Positions 17,848 through 27,389 of a stretch of 64,000 nt of DNA are shown piece by piece. The stretch is from an uncultured Desulfobacter sp. Lineage in GTDB: Bacteria > Desulfobacterota > Desulfobacteria > Desulfobacterales > Desulfobacteraceae. The number at the start of each line of letters is the position of its first letter. Within the stretch, counting starts at the first letter, position 1. Below the pieces are notes generated by a model. The model searched no databases, had not been told where the DNA came from, and saw nothing but the letters and a program-made list of their open reading frames with translations. The position numbers and the translations under genes are program-made. The stretch spans positions 160,001 to 224,000 of the forward strand of contig OY762069.1 of the NCBI GenBank assembly GCA_963665095.1, read 5' to 3'.

Positions 17848-17950
17848 GAGAACGAGTTCGCTGCGCCTGGCGTTTGAGCGAGGAATCGCCCGGATGGACA
17901 GTGCAGAAATATTTGCAGCCGCAGCAGGTGGGCAAGTTTACGTTCAACAC
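17848..17950 (+). repeat. Degenerate, internally shortened copy of the ERIC-like intergenic repeat
   Basis: GCGTTTGAGCG...CGCCCGGATG...GCAGCAGGTGGGCAAGTTTACGTTCAACAC aligns to both ends of the copies at 40968 and 54747. Confidence 0.55.
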
Positions 17951-17967
17951 AATTTCTTAAATTTCAG

Positions 17968-19689
17968 ATGGAGGCCAAGATGGAAGCATTAACCCAGTCC
18001 TATATCAGTTATGATCCTGCCTGGGGTATCCGCCCGACCCCGGAAGCCACCCCCATGACCACCTATGATATGTTCCGTAGAAATGCACTCAAGTTTCCGT
18101 CAAAGCCTGCCCTGATTTTTCTGGATAATGTGATTTCCTACAGCCAGCTGAACAACATGATTGAATCTTTTGCCGCAGGCCTTATTTCCCTGGGTGTCAA
18201 AAAGGGAGACCGGGTGGGTGCCGTGCTGCCTAACTGCCCCCAGCATGTGATTGTATTTCTGGCCGCCAACCGCATCGGGGCCATACATGTGCCGGCCAAT
18301 GTCATGTACGAGGGTGAGGAACTCAGACATATTTTTACCGATTCAGAACCCAAAGTCGTGATCACCCTGGACCTTTTTCTGGCCAATGTCCAGAATGTAA
18401 TGACAGGCACGGTTATTGAAAAAATCATCGTCACGGGAATCGACGATTTTTTAACCTTTCCCAAGGCCCAGCTCTACAGACTGAAAACCCGGCTTGAAGG
18501 CATCCGGGTCAAAACGGTGAATGAGGTACCCTGCCTGAAATTCAAGAATCTGCTTAAAACAGATGCAGGTTCCCTGCCTGCGGGCCCGGGCAAAGAAGCG
18601 TTTGACGATACCATGCTCATTCTCTACACCGCCGGCACCACAGGCAAAAGCAAAGGAGTGATGCTCACCCACAGAAACTTTGTATATAACGCAGGCAACC
18701 AGGCCGAGAATTTTGACATGACCGATAAAGACGTGAACCTGGTGCTTTTCCCCATGTTTCATATTTCCGGATATCTTCTGGCCACCATCTGCATGTTTTA
18801 CGGCGGGGGCACCACCATTCTTGAACCCCGCTTTGATGCGGCCCGGTACATCAAGATTCTTGATAAGTACAAAGTGTCGGTTTTTTTTGCGCCACCCACA
18901 GTGTATGTGGCCTTTTTCAGTCTGCCGGATTTTAACAGCTATAATCTGTCACACTTGCGGGTCGGCGGGGCGTCCGGCGCTCCGGTACCCCCTGCCATCC
19001 AGGAAAAATGGAATAAAATTACAGGCCTGCCCCTGCTCAATGGATACGGGCTCACCGAAACCACGGCAGGCGCCATTGTCTCCCTGCCCAACAAGGTCAA
19101 CCATGATGCCATTGGCGTGCCCATCGGCGGAGAGGTAAAGATTGTGGATGACCAGGGCAATATTGTGCCCTTAGGGGAAAAAGGCGAAATTCTGTTCAAG
19201 GGCCCCCAGGTGGCAAAGGGGTACTGGAGCCTGCCGGAAAAAACGGCTGAAACCTTTGAAAACGGCTGGCTGCACACCGGTGATATCGGCACCATGGATG
19301 AAGAGGGATTTATTTTTTTCGTGGACAGGGAAAAGGATCTGATCATTGCATCGGCCTATAACATAGCCCCGGCTGAAGTGGAGGCGGTGTTAATGAAACA
19401 CGAGGCCATCCAGGAGGTGGCCGTGATCGGTGTGCCTGACGAATACCGGGGAGAGACGGTCAAAGCCTTTGTCGTTCTGGAAGAAGCGGCCAAAGGCAAC
19501 ATAACGGAAAATGAAATCATCGCCTATGGTAAGGAAAATATGGCGGCCTATAAATATCCCAGAAAGGTGGAGTTCATTGATGCGCTTCCCAAATCTCCCA
19601 TTCAAAAGGTGCTGCGCAAGGAGCTACGGGATCTTGAGGCCCGGCGTAGAAAGGACCGGGAAGAATTTATGCGCAACAGTTCCAAGTGA
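17968..19689 (+). CDS. Long-chain fatty acid--CoA ligase (ANL adenylate-forming family)
   Basis: YTAGTTGKSKG, NGYGLTET, WLHTGDIG and LPKSPIQKV motifs. Confidence 0.9.
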   Translation: MEAKMEALTQSYISYDPAWGIRPTPEATPMTTYDMFRRNALKFPSKPALIFLDNVISYSQLNNMIESFAAGLISLGVKKGDRVGAVLPNCPQHVIVFLAANRIGAIHVPANVMYEGEELRHIFTDSEPKVVITLDLFLANVQNVMTGTVIEKIIVTGIDDFLTFPKAQLYRLKTRLEGIRVKTVNEVPCLKFKNLLKTDAGSLPAGPGKEAFDDTMLILYTAGTTGKSKGVMLTHRNFVYNAGNQAENFDMTDKDVNLVLFPMFHISGYLLATICMFYGGGTTILEPRFDAARYIKILDKYKVSVFFAPPTVYVAFFSLPDFNSYNLSHLRVGGASGAPVPPAIQEKWNKITGLPLLNGYGLTETTAGAIVSLPNKVNHDAIGVPIGGEVKIVDDQGNIVPLGEKGEILFKGPQVAKGYWSLPEKTAETFENGWLHTGDIGTMDEEGFIFFVDREKDLIIASAYNIAPAEVEAVLMKHEAIQEVAVIGVPDEYRGETVKAFVVLEEAAKGNITENEIIAYGKENMAAYKYPRKVEFIDALPKSPIQKVLRKELRDLEARRRKDREEFMRNSSK

Positions 19690-19727
19690 TGGTCTGATTT
19701 GTCAATATTGATGGAAAAGGATAATAA

Positions 19728-21272
19728 ATGGCTTTTGAAAATATGATGGAAGCGTGGGAGGGAAAGCGGGCTGCCGCTCTGATGATGGGCGGACCGGATA
19801 AGGTTGAAAAACAGCATGCCAAGGGCAGACTCACCGCCCGGGAGCGTATAGATAACCTGCTGGATGAGGGGTCCTTTTTTGAGTTCGGGATGCTGGCCAC
19901 CTCGGATCTGCCGGGCATGGAAGACCGGACCCCGGCAGACGGCCTGATCCTGGGATACGGCACCATGGCGGGCCGGGAAGTCGGGGTGATTGCCAATGAT
20001 TTTACCGTGCTTGCCTCCACCAATGCCCGGATTAATCTCAAAAAAATGCTCCAGTTCAAAGCCCAGATCAAAAAAAGCCGGATTCCACTGATCTGGCTTG
20101 GGGAGGCCGGCGGGGCCCGGATGCCGGACTGCCAGGGGGCCAAAAATATCTGTACTTTGGGCGGGGGCGGCACCCACTCCCTGTTTCCTGAATACACCCA
20201 TTTCAGGGAGATGCCCTTTGTCATGGCAGCCATGGGCGAATGCTACGGGGTGCCTGATTTCGAGGCCATGCTGGCGGACTGCGTGATTCAGGTCAAGGGC
20301 AGTGTACTCTCCATCTCCGGGCCGAGAGCGCTGAACCGTGCCATTGGCCAGGTCCATACCGGAGAAGAGATGGGCGGCTGGGAGGTCCATGATACCATCA
20401 CAGGTATCTGCGACCGGGTGGCCAAAGACGAGCCCCACTGCTTTGAGCTGATCAAAAAGTTTTTAAGCTATATGCCGGACTCCAACCGGAAACGGCCGGC
20501 CCGGCTGCCCGTGCCTGACAATTCAGGGCGGAATATGGATGACATCCTGTCGGTGCTGCCGGAAAAACGGACCAGGACCTATGACATGCGAAAGCTGATC
20601 CAGTATATGGTGGACGGGGAGGAGATCTTTGAACTCAAACCCAATTTCGGCAAAATGCTTGTCACATGTCTTGCCCGCATTGATGGTGAGGTTGTCGGGA
20701 TTATTGCCAATAACCCACTATATAATGTCGGCGCCATGGATACAGACGGCCTGGAAAAGCATACCAGTTTTCTGTGCCTGTGTGATTCCTTTAACATCCC
20801 CATTATTTTTCTGCATGACACACCCGGTCACATGGTGGGAAAAGAGGCCGAGCATAAACGGGTGGGAGCCAGGGTGGTGAACAATCTCCAGGCCCTGTGC
20901 CAGGTCACGGTTCCCAAGATTGCCATTGTGATCCGCAAATCCTATGGCCAGGCCGCCGTAAACATGTGCGGCCCCGGAATCGGCCCGGATTATTTTGTCT
21001 CCTGGCCCACCGGAGAGTTGGGCTTCATGGAGCCCACCATTGCCGTCGACGTGGTATTCGGCTCCCTTCCCGAGCAGGATAAAAAAATTTTTCTGGATCA
21101 GATGATTTCAGATCTATCCCCCTATCCGGCAGCCCGGGACTATTTTCTTCAGGATATCATTGACCCCAGACAAACCCGGAACTACCTGGCCCGGGTGCTG
21201 GCCGTGATCCGGGCCTCGGACAGCGGCGGGATAGGGGAACACCGGCTTGCCAACTGGCCCACCAAATTTTAA
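19728..21272 (+). CDS. Acyl-CoA carboxylase/decarboxylase carboxyltransferase subunit
   Basis: MGGPDKVEKQHAKGRLTARERI, GGARM, LCDSFNIPIIFLHDTPG, RKSYG and DIIDPRQTR motifs. Confidence 0.9.
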   Translation: MAFENMMEAWEGKRAAALMMGGPDKVEKQHAKGRLTARERIDNLLDEGSFFEFGMLATSDLPGMEDRTPADGLILGYGTMAGREVGVIANDFTVLASTNARINLKKMLQFKAQIKKSRIPLIWLGEAGGARMPDCQGAKNICTLGGGGTHSLFPEYTHFREMPFVMAAMGECYGVPDFEAMLADCVIQVKGSVLSISGPRALNRAIGQVHTGEEMGGWEVHDTITGICDRVAKDEPHCFELIKKFLSYMPDSNRKRPARLPVPDNSGRNMDDILSVLPEKRTRTYDMRKLIQYMVDGEEIFELKPNFGKMLVTCLARIDGEVVGIIANNPLYNVGAMDTDGLEKHTSFLCLCDSFNIPIIFLHDTPGHMVGKEAEHKRVGARVVNNLQALCQVTVPKIAIVIRKSYGQAAVNMCGPGIGPDYFVSWPTGELGFMEPTIAVDVVFGSLPEQDKKIFLDQMISDLSPYPAARDYFLQDIIDPRQTRNYLARVLAVIRASDSGGIGEHRLANWPTKF

Positions 21273-21559
21273 TCTGATCTGCAATTGCCATAATAAGGCC
21301 AATATAAGCGCCAGGTTCTAAAAAATCAATTAAATGGACTTGCAAGCCTGGCCATTTTTTTATTGACACGGTTTGGGGAATAAGGGAATAAAGTCCTATA
21401 TCCTTGAAGTGTCAAAAAGGATACTCGCGCTTCATGAAAGAAATATAAGCGCATCATTAAAGTTAATTACCAGATCAGATCCTGACCCGGGAAATACCAG
21501 GGCTCAGGCACGCTGAATGTTTGCCTTATACACAGTAAGTGTGATAAGAAAGTCGGATT

Positions 21560-22318
21560 ATGACTCAGATTATCAGTATTGCCAATCAGAAAGGCGGGGT
21601 GGGCAAAACCACTACAGCTGTTAATTTAGCTGCATCCCTTGCCAAATTGAAAAAAAAAGTGCTGCTTGTGGATTGTGATTCCCAGGCCAATGCCACAACG
21701 GCACTTGGCGTGGACAAGCCCGGCCTTGAAGCATCCCTGTACGACGGGCTGATTGGTGAAGCCGGTCTTGAAGATATGCTTTTGCCCACCATGCTGCCGG
21801 GGCTGACCCTGGTGCCTGCCAATGTCGATCTCATCGGGTTTGAGGTGGAGATGATGTCGGCCCCCAGACGCGAGGCCCGGTTAAAGGAGCTTCTCTTCCC
21901 TGTGGCCGACAAGTATGATTTCATTATTATTGACTGTCCGCCAGCGTTAAGCCTTCTGACGCTTAATGCGTTTTCCGCCAGCAATTCCATCGTTATTCCC
22001 CTGCAAAGTGAATTTTTTGCCCTTGAAGGACTGGGGCAGCTTTTAGATACAATCAAGCGAATCAAGAACGCATTTAACCCAAGCCTTATGATTAAGGGTA
22101 TTTTGCTGACCATGTTTGACCGGCGGACCAATCTGTCCCAGAACGTGGTGGATGATGCCAGGCAATATTTTAAAGACCTGGTATTCAAAACCAAGATTCC
22201 ACGTAATGTCAAGTTGGCGGAATCCCCCAGTTACGGTCTGCCGGTTGTTCTGTATGATAAGACATCACCAGGTGCTAAAAGTTATATCGCCTTTGCCAGG
22301 GAACTTTTGAAACGATGA
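21560..22318 (+). CDS. parA: Chromosome partitioning ATPase ParA/Soj
   Basis: NQKGGVGKTTT, IIIDCPP, FALEGL and IPRNVKLAESPSYG motifs. Confidence 0.95.
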   Translation: MTQIISIANQKGGVGKTTTAVNLAASLAKLKKKVLLVDCDSQANATTALGVDKPGLEASLYDGLIGEAGLEDMLLPTMLPGLTLVPANVDLIGFEVEMMSAPRREARLKELLFPVADKYDFIIIDCPPALSLLTLNAFSASNSIVIPLQSEFFALEGLGQLLDTIKRIKNAFNPSLMIKGILLTMFDRRTNLSQNVVDDARQYFKDLVFKTKIPRNVKLAESPSYGLPVVLYDKTSPGAKSYIAFARELLKR

Positions 22319-23184
22319 TGAATAAGAAACGGAAAAACACCGGTCTGGGCCGGGGAATCTCAGCACTTATTCCCGACCTGGACAAACCTGAATCTGCCTC
22401 GGATTTCTTCTTTTGTGATTGCGATAAGTTAAGTCCCAACCGCTATCAGCCCAGAACCCGGTTCAGTGAGGAGGAACAGACGCGGCTCACCCAGTCCATT
22501 GCCCAGCAGGGGGTGCTTCAGCCCCTGTTAGCCAGAAAGATGGACGGGGCCTATGAACTGATTGCCGGAGAGCGGCGCCTTCGGGCGGCGAGAGCCGCAG
22601 GGCTTGCCCAGGTGCCGGTCATTATCCTGGACCTCACCGACGAGCAGGTACTTGAAGTCTCCATTATCGAAAATATCCAAAGGGAAAACCTCAATGTGCT
22701 GGAGGAGGCGGAAGCCTATTTCAGGCTCATTGACGAGTTTGGGTATACCCAGGAAAAGGTGGCGGAAAAAATCGGCAAAAACCGTTCCACCATTGCCAAT
22801 CTGCTGCGGCTGCGCTGTCTGCCCGAAGAGATCAAGGAGAGCCTGATTGCCGAAAAAATCAGCATGGGCCATGCAAGAGCCCTCCTTGGGGCAGGATCTG
22901 AAGAAAATCAAATTTATCTCTTCAAACAGGTGGTGGAGCGGCATCTCTCTGTCCGTGAAACCGAACGTCTTGTCAATCAGGCAAAAAAACAGCCCCATAA
23001 AATAGCCAGAAAAATTACGGCAGACGAAAAACAGTTTCTTGAAGAAGCGTCAACCCAGATCTCTTCCAGGATCAACTCGCCTGTCTCCATAAAGAAAAAC
23101 GGCGGCCGCGGAAAAATTGAAATTAAATTTTCCTCCGGTGCCGAGTTCAACCGTCTGCTTGAATTGTTAAGCCGGATTTCATGA
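22315..23184 (+). CDS. parB: Chromosome partitioning protein ParB/Spo0J
   Basis: [17 protein letters not shown] and ENIQRENL motifs plus HTH. Overlaps the parA stop. Confidence 0.95.
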   Translation: MMNKKRKNTGLGRGISALIPDLDKPESASDFFFCDCDKLSPNRYQPRTRFSEEEQTRLTQSIAQQGVLQPLLARKMDGAYELIAGERRLRAARAAGLAQVPVIILDLTDEQVLEVSIIENIQRENLNVLEEAEAYFRLIDEFGYTQEKVAEKIGKNRSTIANLLRLRCLPEEIKESLIAEKISMGHARALLGAGSEENQIYLFKQVVERHLSVRETERLVNQAKKQPHKIARKITADEKQFLEEASTQISSRINSPVSIKKNGGRGKIEIKFSSGAEFNRLLELLSRIS

Positions 23185-24896
23185 AAATTTCAATAGCCAG
23201 GACAGCCGGTTTCTGCATGGGGGTTCGCAGGGCTGTGGATATGGTTCTGGATGCCTCAAATAAGGCCCAAAAACCCATTTTTACCTATGGGCCTCTGATC
23301 CATAACCCCCAGGTCCTGGAGATGCTGGAAAGCAAACAAATCTTCAGGATGGATACCATCCCGGAATCCGGTAAAGGCATTGCGCTTATCCGTGCCCACG
23401 GGGTCCCGCCTGAAGATGAAAAGGCCCTGTCTGACGCCGGATTTACAGTGGTCAATGCCACCTGCCCCCGGGTGGTCCGGGTCCAGGTGATCATTGAAAA
23501 ATATGCTAAAAAAGGCTTTGATACTATTATCCTTGGAGAGGATAAGCATCCTGAGGTGATCGGTCTGCTTGGCTATGCCGGGGGGAAAGGTCACACCATT
23601 GCATCTATAGACGAGCTTGATGCACTTCCAAAGTTTGAAAAAGCCGTGGTGGTAGCCCAGACCACCCAGAACACCCGCCTGTTCGAGCAGGTCAAAGCCT
23701 GGTGTTACAGTCATGCTCCGCACTATGAAATCTTTGACACCATTTGCGACTCTACGGAAAAACGCCAGAACGAGGTTCGGGAGCTTGCAAAAAATCATGA
23801 TGCTGTGATTGTTGTCGGCGGAAAATTCAGCGGGAATACAAAGCGGCTGGCCCAGGTGGCAGCAGAAACCGGAAAAGTATCCATGCATATTGAAGAGGCT
23901 TCTGAAATTGATTATAAAAGCCTTTCCCATGCACGCGCCATTGCCATTACCGCAGGCGCCTCCACACCCAGCTGGATAATCAGTGATACCTGCCGCCAGG
24001 TGGAGCAGGCCTTTAGAAAAAAACGGCCAATGCTGGCAATGCTCATGGCTGTTACCGCAGTGTTGATGCGAACCAATCTTTTATTGGCAGTGGGGGCTGC
24101 GGCAATGACCTGGGGCACTGCCATGATGTCAGGTCTGCCCACTCCTTTAGTGCCATCTGTCATTGCCATGCTTTATATCCTGTCCATGCAGATCATGAAC
24201 AATATGATGACTATTCGGTCCGATACCTACAATAAGCCGGACCGGGCCGCCTTCTATAAAAATAACATGGTATGGCTGCTGCTGGTGGCGTTTCTGTCCG
24301 GTATGGCGGGGTTATACCTGGCCTGGACAAGAGGGGCGCTTTATTTCTGGGTGCTATTTATCATGAGCCTTTTGGGGATGTCCTACAACCGGAGGGTTTT
24401 TCCCTCTTTGCTGTCGGGCCTGTCCGGCCACCGTATCTCACGAATCAAGGACGTGCCTGCCTCAAAAACCGTTCTCATTGCTGCTGCCTGGGGTATTGTT
24501 ACAACGCTTTTGCCCGGCATTGCCTGTGGCTGCGCATGGGGGCTGACCCTGATCTCCTTTATTTTTGCCACAGGAATCGTGTTTTCACGGACCGCTTTTG
24601 TGGATATCCTGGCCATTCAGGGGGACCGGATTGCGGGCAAGGAGACCCTGCCCATTCTCATTGGAAGAAAAAAAAGCCTGGCTCTGATCCAGTATGCTCT
24701 TGGCGGAACCACGATTCTACCTCTGGTTCTTGGCTTTGTACGGCCGGTTTCAACTGCAGCTCTGGCGCTGATACCGGCTTTCATGTTTTTTTTGATAAGA
24801 CAGTTTAAAAAGCATAATGATATTTCAGCTGACCTTTATGAATTTTTGTTTGAGTTGTCCTTGCTGATGGCTGGAATCATTGCCGTTTTAAGTTAA
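23181..24896 (+). CDS. ispH: 4-hydroxy-3-methylbut-2-enyl diphosphate reductase fused to a UbiA-like membrane domain
   Basis: AGFCMGV, LIHN, RAHG, ATCP, HPE, DTIC and TAGASTP in aa 1-280. About 290-aa multi-TM C-terminus with IQGDRIAGKETLPILIG. Confidence 0.9.
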   Translation: MKISIARTAGFCMGVRRAVDMVLDASNKAQKPIFTYGPLIHNPQVLEMLESKQIFRMDTIPESGKGIALIRAHGVPPEDEKALSDAGFTVVNATCPRVVRVQVIIEKYAKKGFDTIILGEDKHPEVIGLLGYAGGKGHTIASIDELDALPKFEKAVVVAQTTQNTRLFEQVKAWCYSHAPHYEIFDTICDSTEKRQNEVRELAKNHDAVIVVGGKFSGNTKRLAQVAAETGKVSMHIEEASEIDYKSLSHARAIAITAGASTPSWIISDTCRQVEQAFRKKRPMLAMLMAVTAVLMRTNLLLAVGAAAMTWGTAMMSGLPTPLVPSVIAMLYILSMQIMNNMMTIRSDTYNKPDRAAFYKNNMVWLLLVAFLSGMAGLYLAWTRGALYFWVLFIMSLLGMSYNRRVFPSLLSGLSGHRISRIKDVPASKTVLIAAAWGIVTTLLPGIACGCAWGLTLISFIFATGIVFSRTAFVDILAIQGDRIAGKETLPILIGRKKSLALIQYALGGTTILPLVLGFVRPVSTAALALIPAFMFFLIRQFKKHNDISADLYEFLFELSLLMAGIIAVLS

Positions 24897-24933
24897 TAAA
24901 AGTTCCGTTTTAAAAAGGGGCTTTGGAGAGATC

Positions 24934-27273
24934 ATGGCAAACGGTTCACACAAAAAACAGGCTGTTCCCTTAATCGGTATTCTGGCTGTTAAAAATCAGT
25001 TTATCAATCAGGAACAACTGAATCAGATTCTTGCCCAATGCAGGGGCAAGGGGGTTAAGGTTTCTGAAGATGATTTTAAAAAAAGACTTCTTTCCACCGG
25101 ATTGATTTCACAAAAAAATATTCACCGTCTCTCTGTAGCCGTCAGAGCCATTTTCATCCACCGGGAAGAGCACCGGTTCGGGGCCATCGCACTGGCTAAA
25201 GGGTTTGTCAACAAAAGTGTGCTGGATCTGGCGCTTGAGGACCAGAAAGTTTCTATCAAAAAAGGGAAAAAGCCCAGGCTTATAGGGGACATGATGGTGG
25301 AGGCCGGACTTTTAACCCCCAAGCAGCGAGACTATATTCTTAAGCTTCAAAAACGTTCTGCCAGGACAAATATGGGCGACCTGCCAAAAGTCAGCGCAGA
25401 ATCCCCAAATGCCAAAGAAGGATCAAAAAAATCTGCCCGGGAAAAAGATCCGCACAGCCACACTGAAAGCAAGCGGTCCTCCTCCGGCACCCGACAGGAT
25501 GACGCCAGCGGCGGAAGGCCGGACGTCCCGAAAAATCAGGAAGCTGTTCTGAACTCGGAAACCGCTACAAGTGCGGACAGGGTTCAGGACGTAGACACGG
25601 TTTCCTCTTTGACATCTGATAATCAGTCAAGGGCTCTTAGGGAACCGGAAACACCTGAGGAACCAGGTCCCGAGCAGGTACAGACAGAACCGGCCAAAGA
25701 GATTGGTGACGGTATCCAGCTTTTCGTGGCTGAAGATCACCTGTCTGCCTATTTATCCAAAACCCTGGAAGTTGACCCTGACATGTCGGCTGTGACGCTT
25801 CGTACTGCCCTGGCAGAGGAAAAGATTGTTTCCGGCCTGGTAGATGATGACCGGATTGTTGCCTTTATCCGTGCGCCTATCCTGGAGGCTGCCTTTTTCA
25901 AAATCGCCCAGGGGACAGCGCCCATCCATGGAAAAGAGAGTCGAACCGAATATTTTTTCAGCACCGAATATCTGAAAGCCGGGGGAATGGATGAGGACGG
26001 CAATATCGATTTCAAACAGCGGGGAATCACCCCCCTGGTGGAAAAAGGCACGGTCCTGGCTGAAAAGATTGCCGGCGCCCCGCCTAAGCCGGGTATGGAT
26101 ATCCACGGCAATACCATTCCCGGCCGAAGTCCCGCAGACAAACCTTTGAGTTTCGGTACAGGTGCTACCCTGTCCGAAGATGGCCGGAAGGTGCTCGCAA
26201 CGGTCCGGGGGTACCCTAAACTGACCCTTTCAGGCGTAATTGCCGTCCATGAGGCGTTCATCACAAAAGGGGATGTTGATTATGAAACCGGCCATGTTAA
26301 ATTTGACGGCAACATCCGTGTAAAGGGCCGCATTAAATCGGGATTTATGGTGCGTGGATCTGATATTACAGCGGCTGAACTGGACGGTGGCATTGTGGAG
26401 GCGGACGGGGATCTCACCGTTACCCATGGAATTAACGGGGCAAAGGTGTATGCCCGGGGCAATGTCTATGCCGAGTTTATTAATGATTCCAGGGTCGTTT
26501 GCATGGGAGATGTGTTTGTCAAAAAAGAGATTGTGGATGCAGAGATTGAATGTTCCGGGGCCTGTTCCGTTATTAATGGCCGGCTGATATCAAGCAAGGT
26601 GTCTGCCAAAATGGGGGTCATGGCCCAGAGCATTGGTACCCCCACCGCCATCCCGTCAACCATTACAGTGGGGCATGATGCTTTTCTGGTACTGGAATTG
26701 GAAAAAAACAGACTTGAAATCGAGAATGTGAAAAAAATCATTCATACCCAGAATAAAGTAGTGGAAACCGTCAAGAAGCAGATGGATGAACTGCAGCAGG
26801 AGATAACCCGTCTGGCCCATATCCAGGAACAGGCAGAGCAGGAACTCCAGAAAGTTGAAGCAGAGTTGTCGTCTGTTACCGGCAAAGCTGAAGAAAAAAG
26901 ACTGCGCAGCCACTTGGAAAAATTGAAAAAAAGTGTGGCTGCAACAGAACAAAAAATCCAGCTTTGTTTTGATCAAAGCGAAGATATGGAAGAGCAGATA
27001 GGAACAGCGGATCTCGATATTGCTCAGCTGGAGATCGAGGAATCAGTCCTGGATCAGGAGCGTAAAAATCTGATCAGCTGGTCTGAACAGAATCCGGGTA
27101 AGCCCCGGGTGATTGTCAATGCGGAAATGGTGCCGGGAACAGTGATTATCGGGAAACACAGCCAGATAACAACCGACACCCAGATACGCCATGCCAGGGT
27201 GACAGAGTTGCCTGTTACGCCCGTGAATGAGGGTGATCCGGTTGCCTATCAGATGAAGATTGGCAATTTTTAA
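24934..27273 (+). CDS. FapA (DUF342) family protein with N-terminal MshEN-like motifs
   Basis: GNIDFK, VEKGTVLAEK, GDVDYETGHVKFDGNI, beta-helix region and coiled coil. Confidence 0.8.
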   Translation: MANGSHKKQAVPLIGILAVKNQFINQEQLNQILAQCRGKGVKVSEDDFKKRLLSTGLISQKNIHRLSVAVRAIFIHREEHRFGAIALAKGFVNKSVLDLALEDQKVSIKKGKKPRLIGDMMVEAGLLTPKQRDYILKLQKRSARTNMGDLPKVSAESPNAKEGSKKSAREKDPHSHTESKRSSSGTRQDDASGGRPDVPKNQEAVLNSETATSADRVQDVDTVSSLTSDNQSRALREPETPEEPGPEQVQTEPAKEIGDGIQLFVAEDHLSAYLSKTLEVDPDMSAVTLRTALAEEKIVSGLVDDDRIVAFIRAPILEAAFFKIAQGTAPIHGKESRTEYFFSTEYLKAGGMDEDGNIDFKQRGITPLVEKGTVLAEKIAGAPPKPGMDIHGNTIPGRSPADKPLSFGTGATLSEDGRKVLATVRGYPKLTLSGVIAVHEAFITKGDVDYETGHVKFDGNIRVKGRIKSGFMVRGSDITAAELDGGIVEADGDLTVTHGINGAKVYARGNVYAEFINDSRVVCMGDVFVKKEIVDAEIECSGACSVINGRLISSKVSAKMGVMAQSIGTPTAIPSTITVGHDAFLVLELEKNRLEIENVKKIIHTQNKVVETVKKQMDELQQEITRLAHIQEQAEQELQKVEAELSSVTGKAEEKRLRSHLEKLKKSVAATEQKIQLCFDQSEDMEEQIGTADLDIAQLEIEESVLDQERKNLISWSEQNPGKPRVIVNAEMVPGTVIIGKHSQITTDTQIRHARVTELPVTPVNEGDPVAYQMKIGNF

Positions 27274-27389
27274 CCAGCTGTAGACGCCGGTCCGGTCCCA
27301 ACCACCTTGGCCACTGCAAATTCGGTCTGATTTCGTCTGCCATCTAATTGGAAGGTGGTTTCTTAAAACGAATACCGTCAGCTAAGCGG

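Noticed and set aside
21273..23184. parS site or replication origin near parAB
   Set aside because: I found no TGTTTCACGTGAAACA-like palindrome or DnaA-box cluster by eye, and no dnaA, mnmG or rsmG neighbours.
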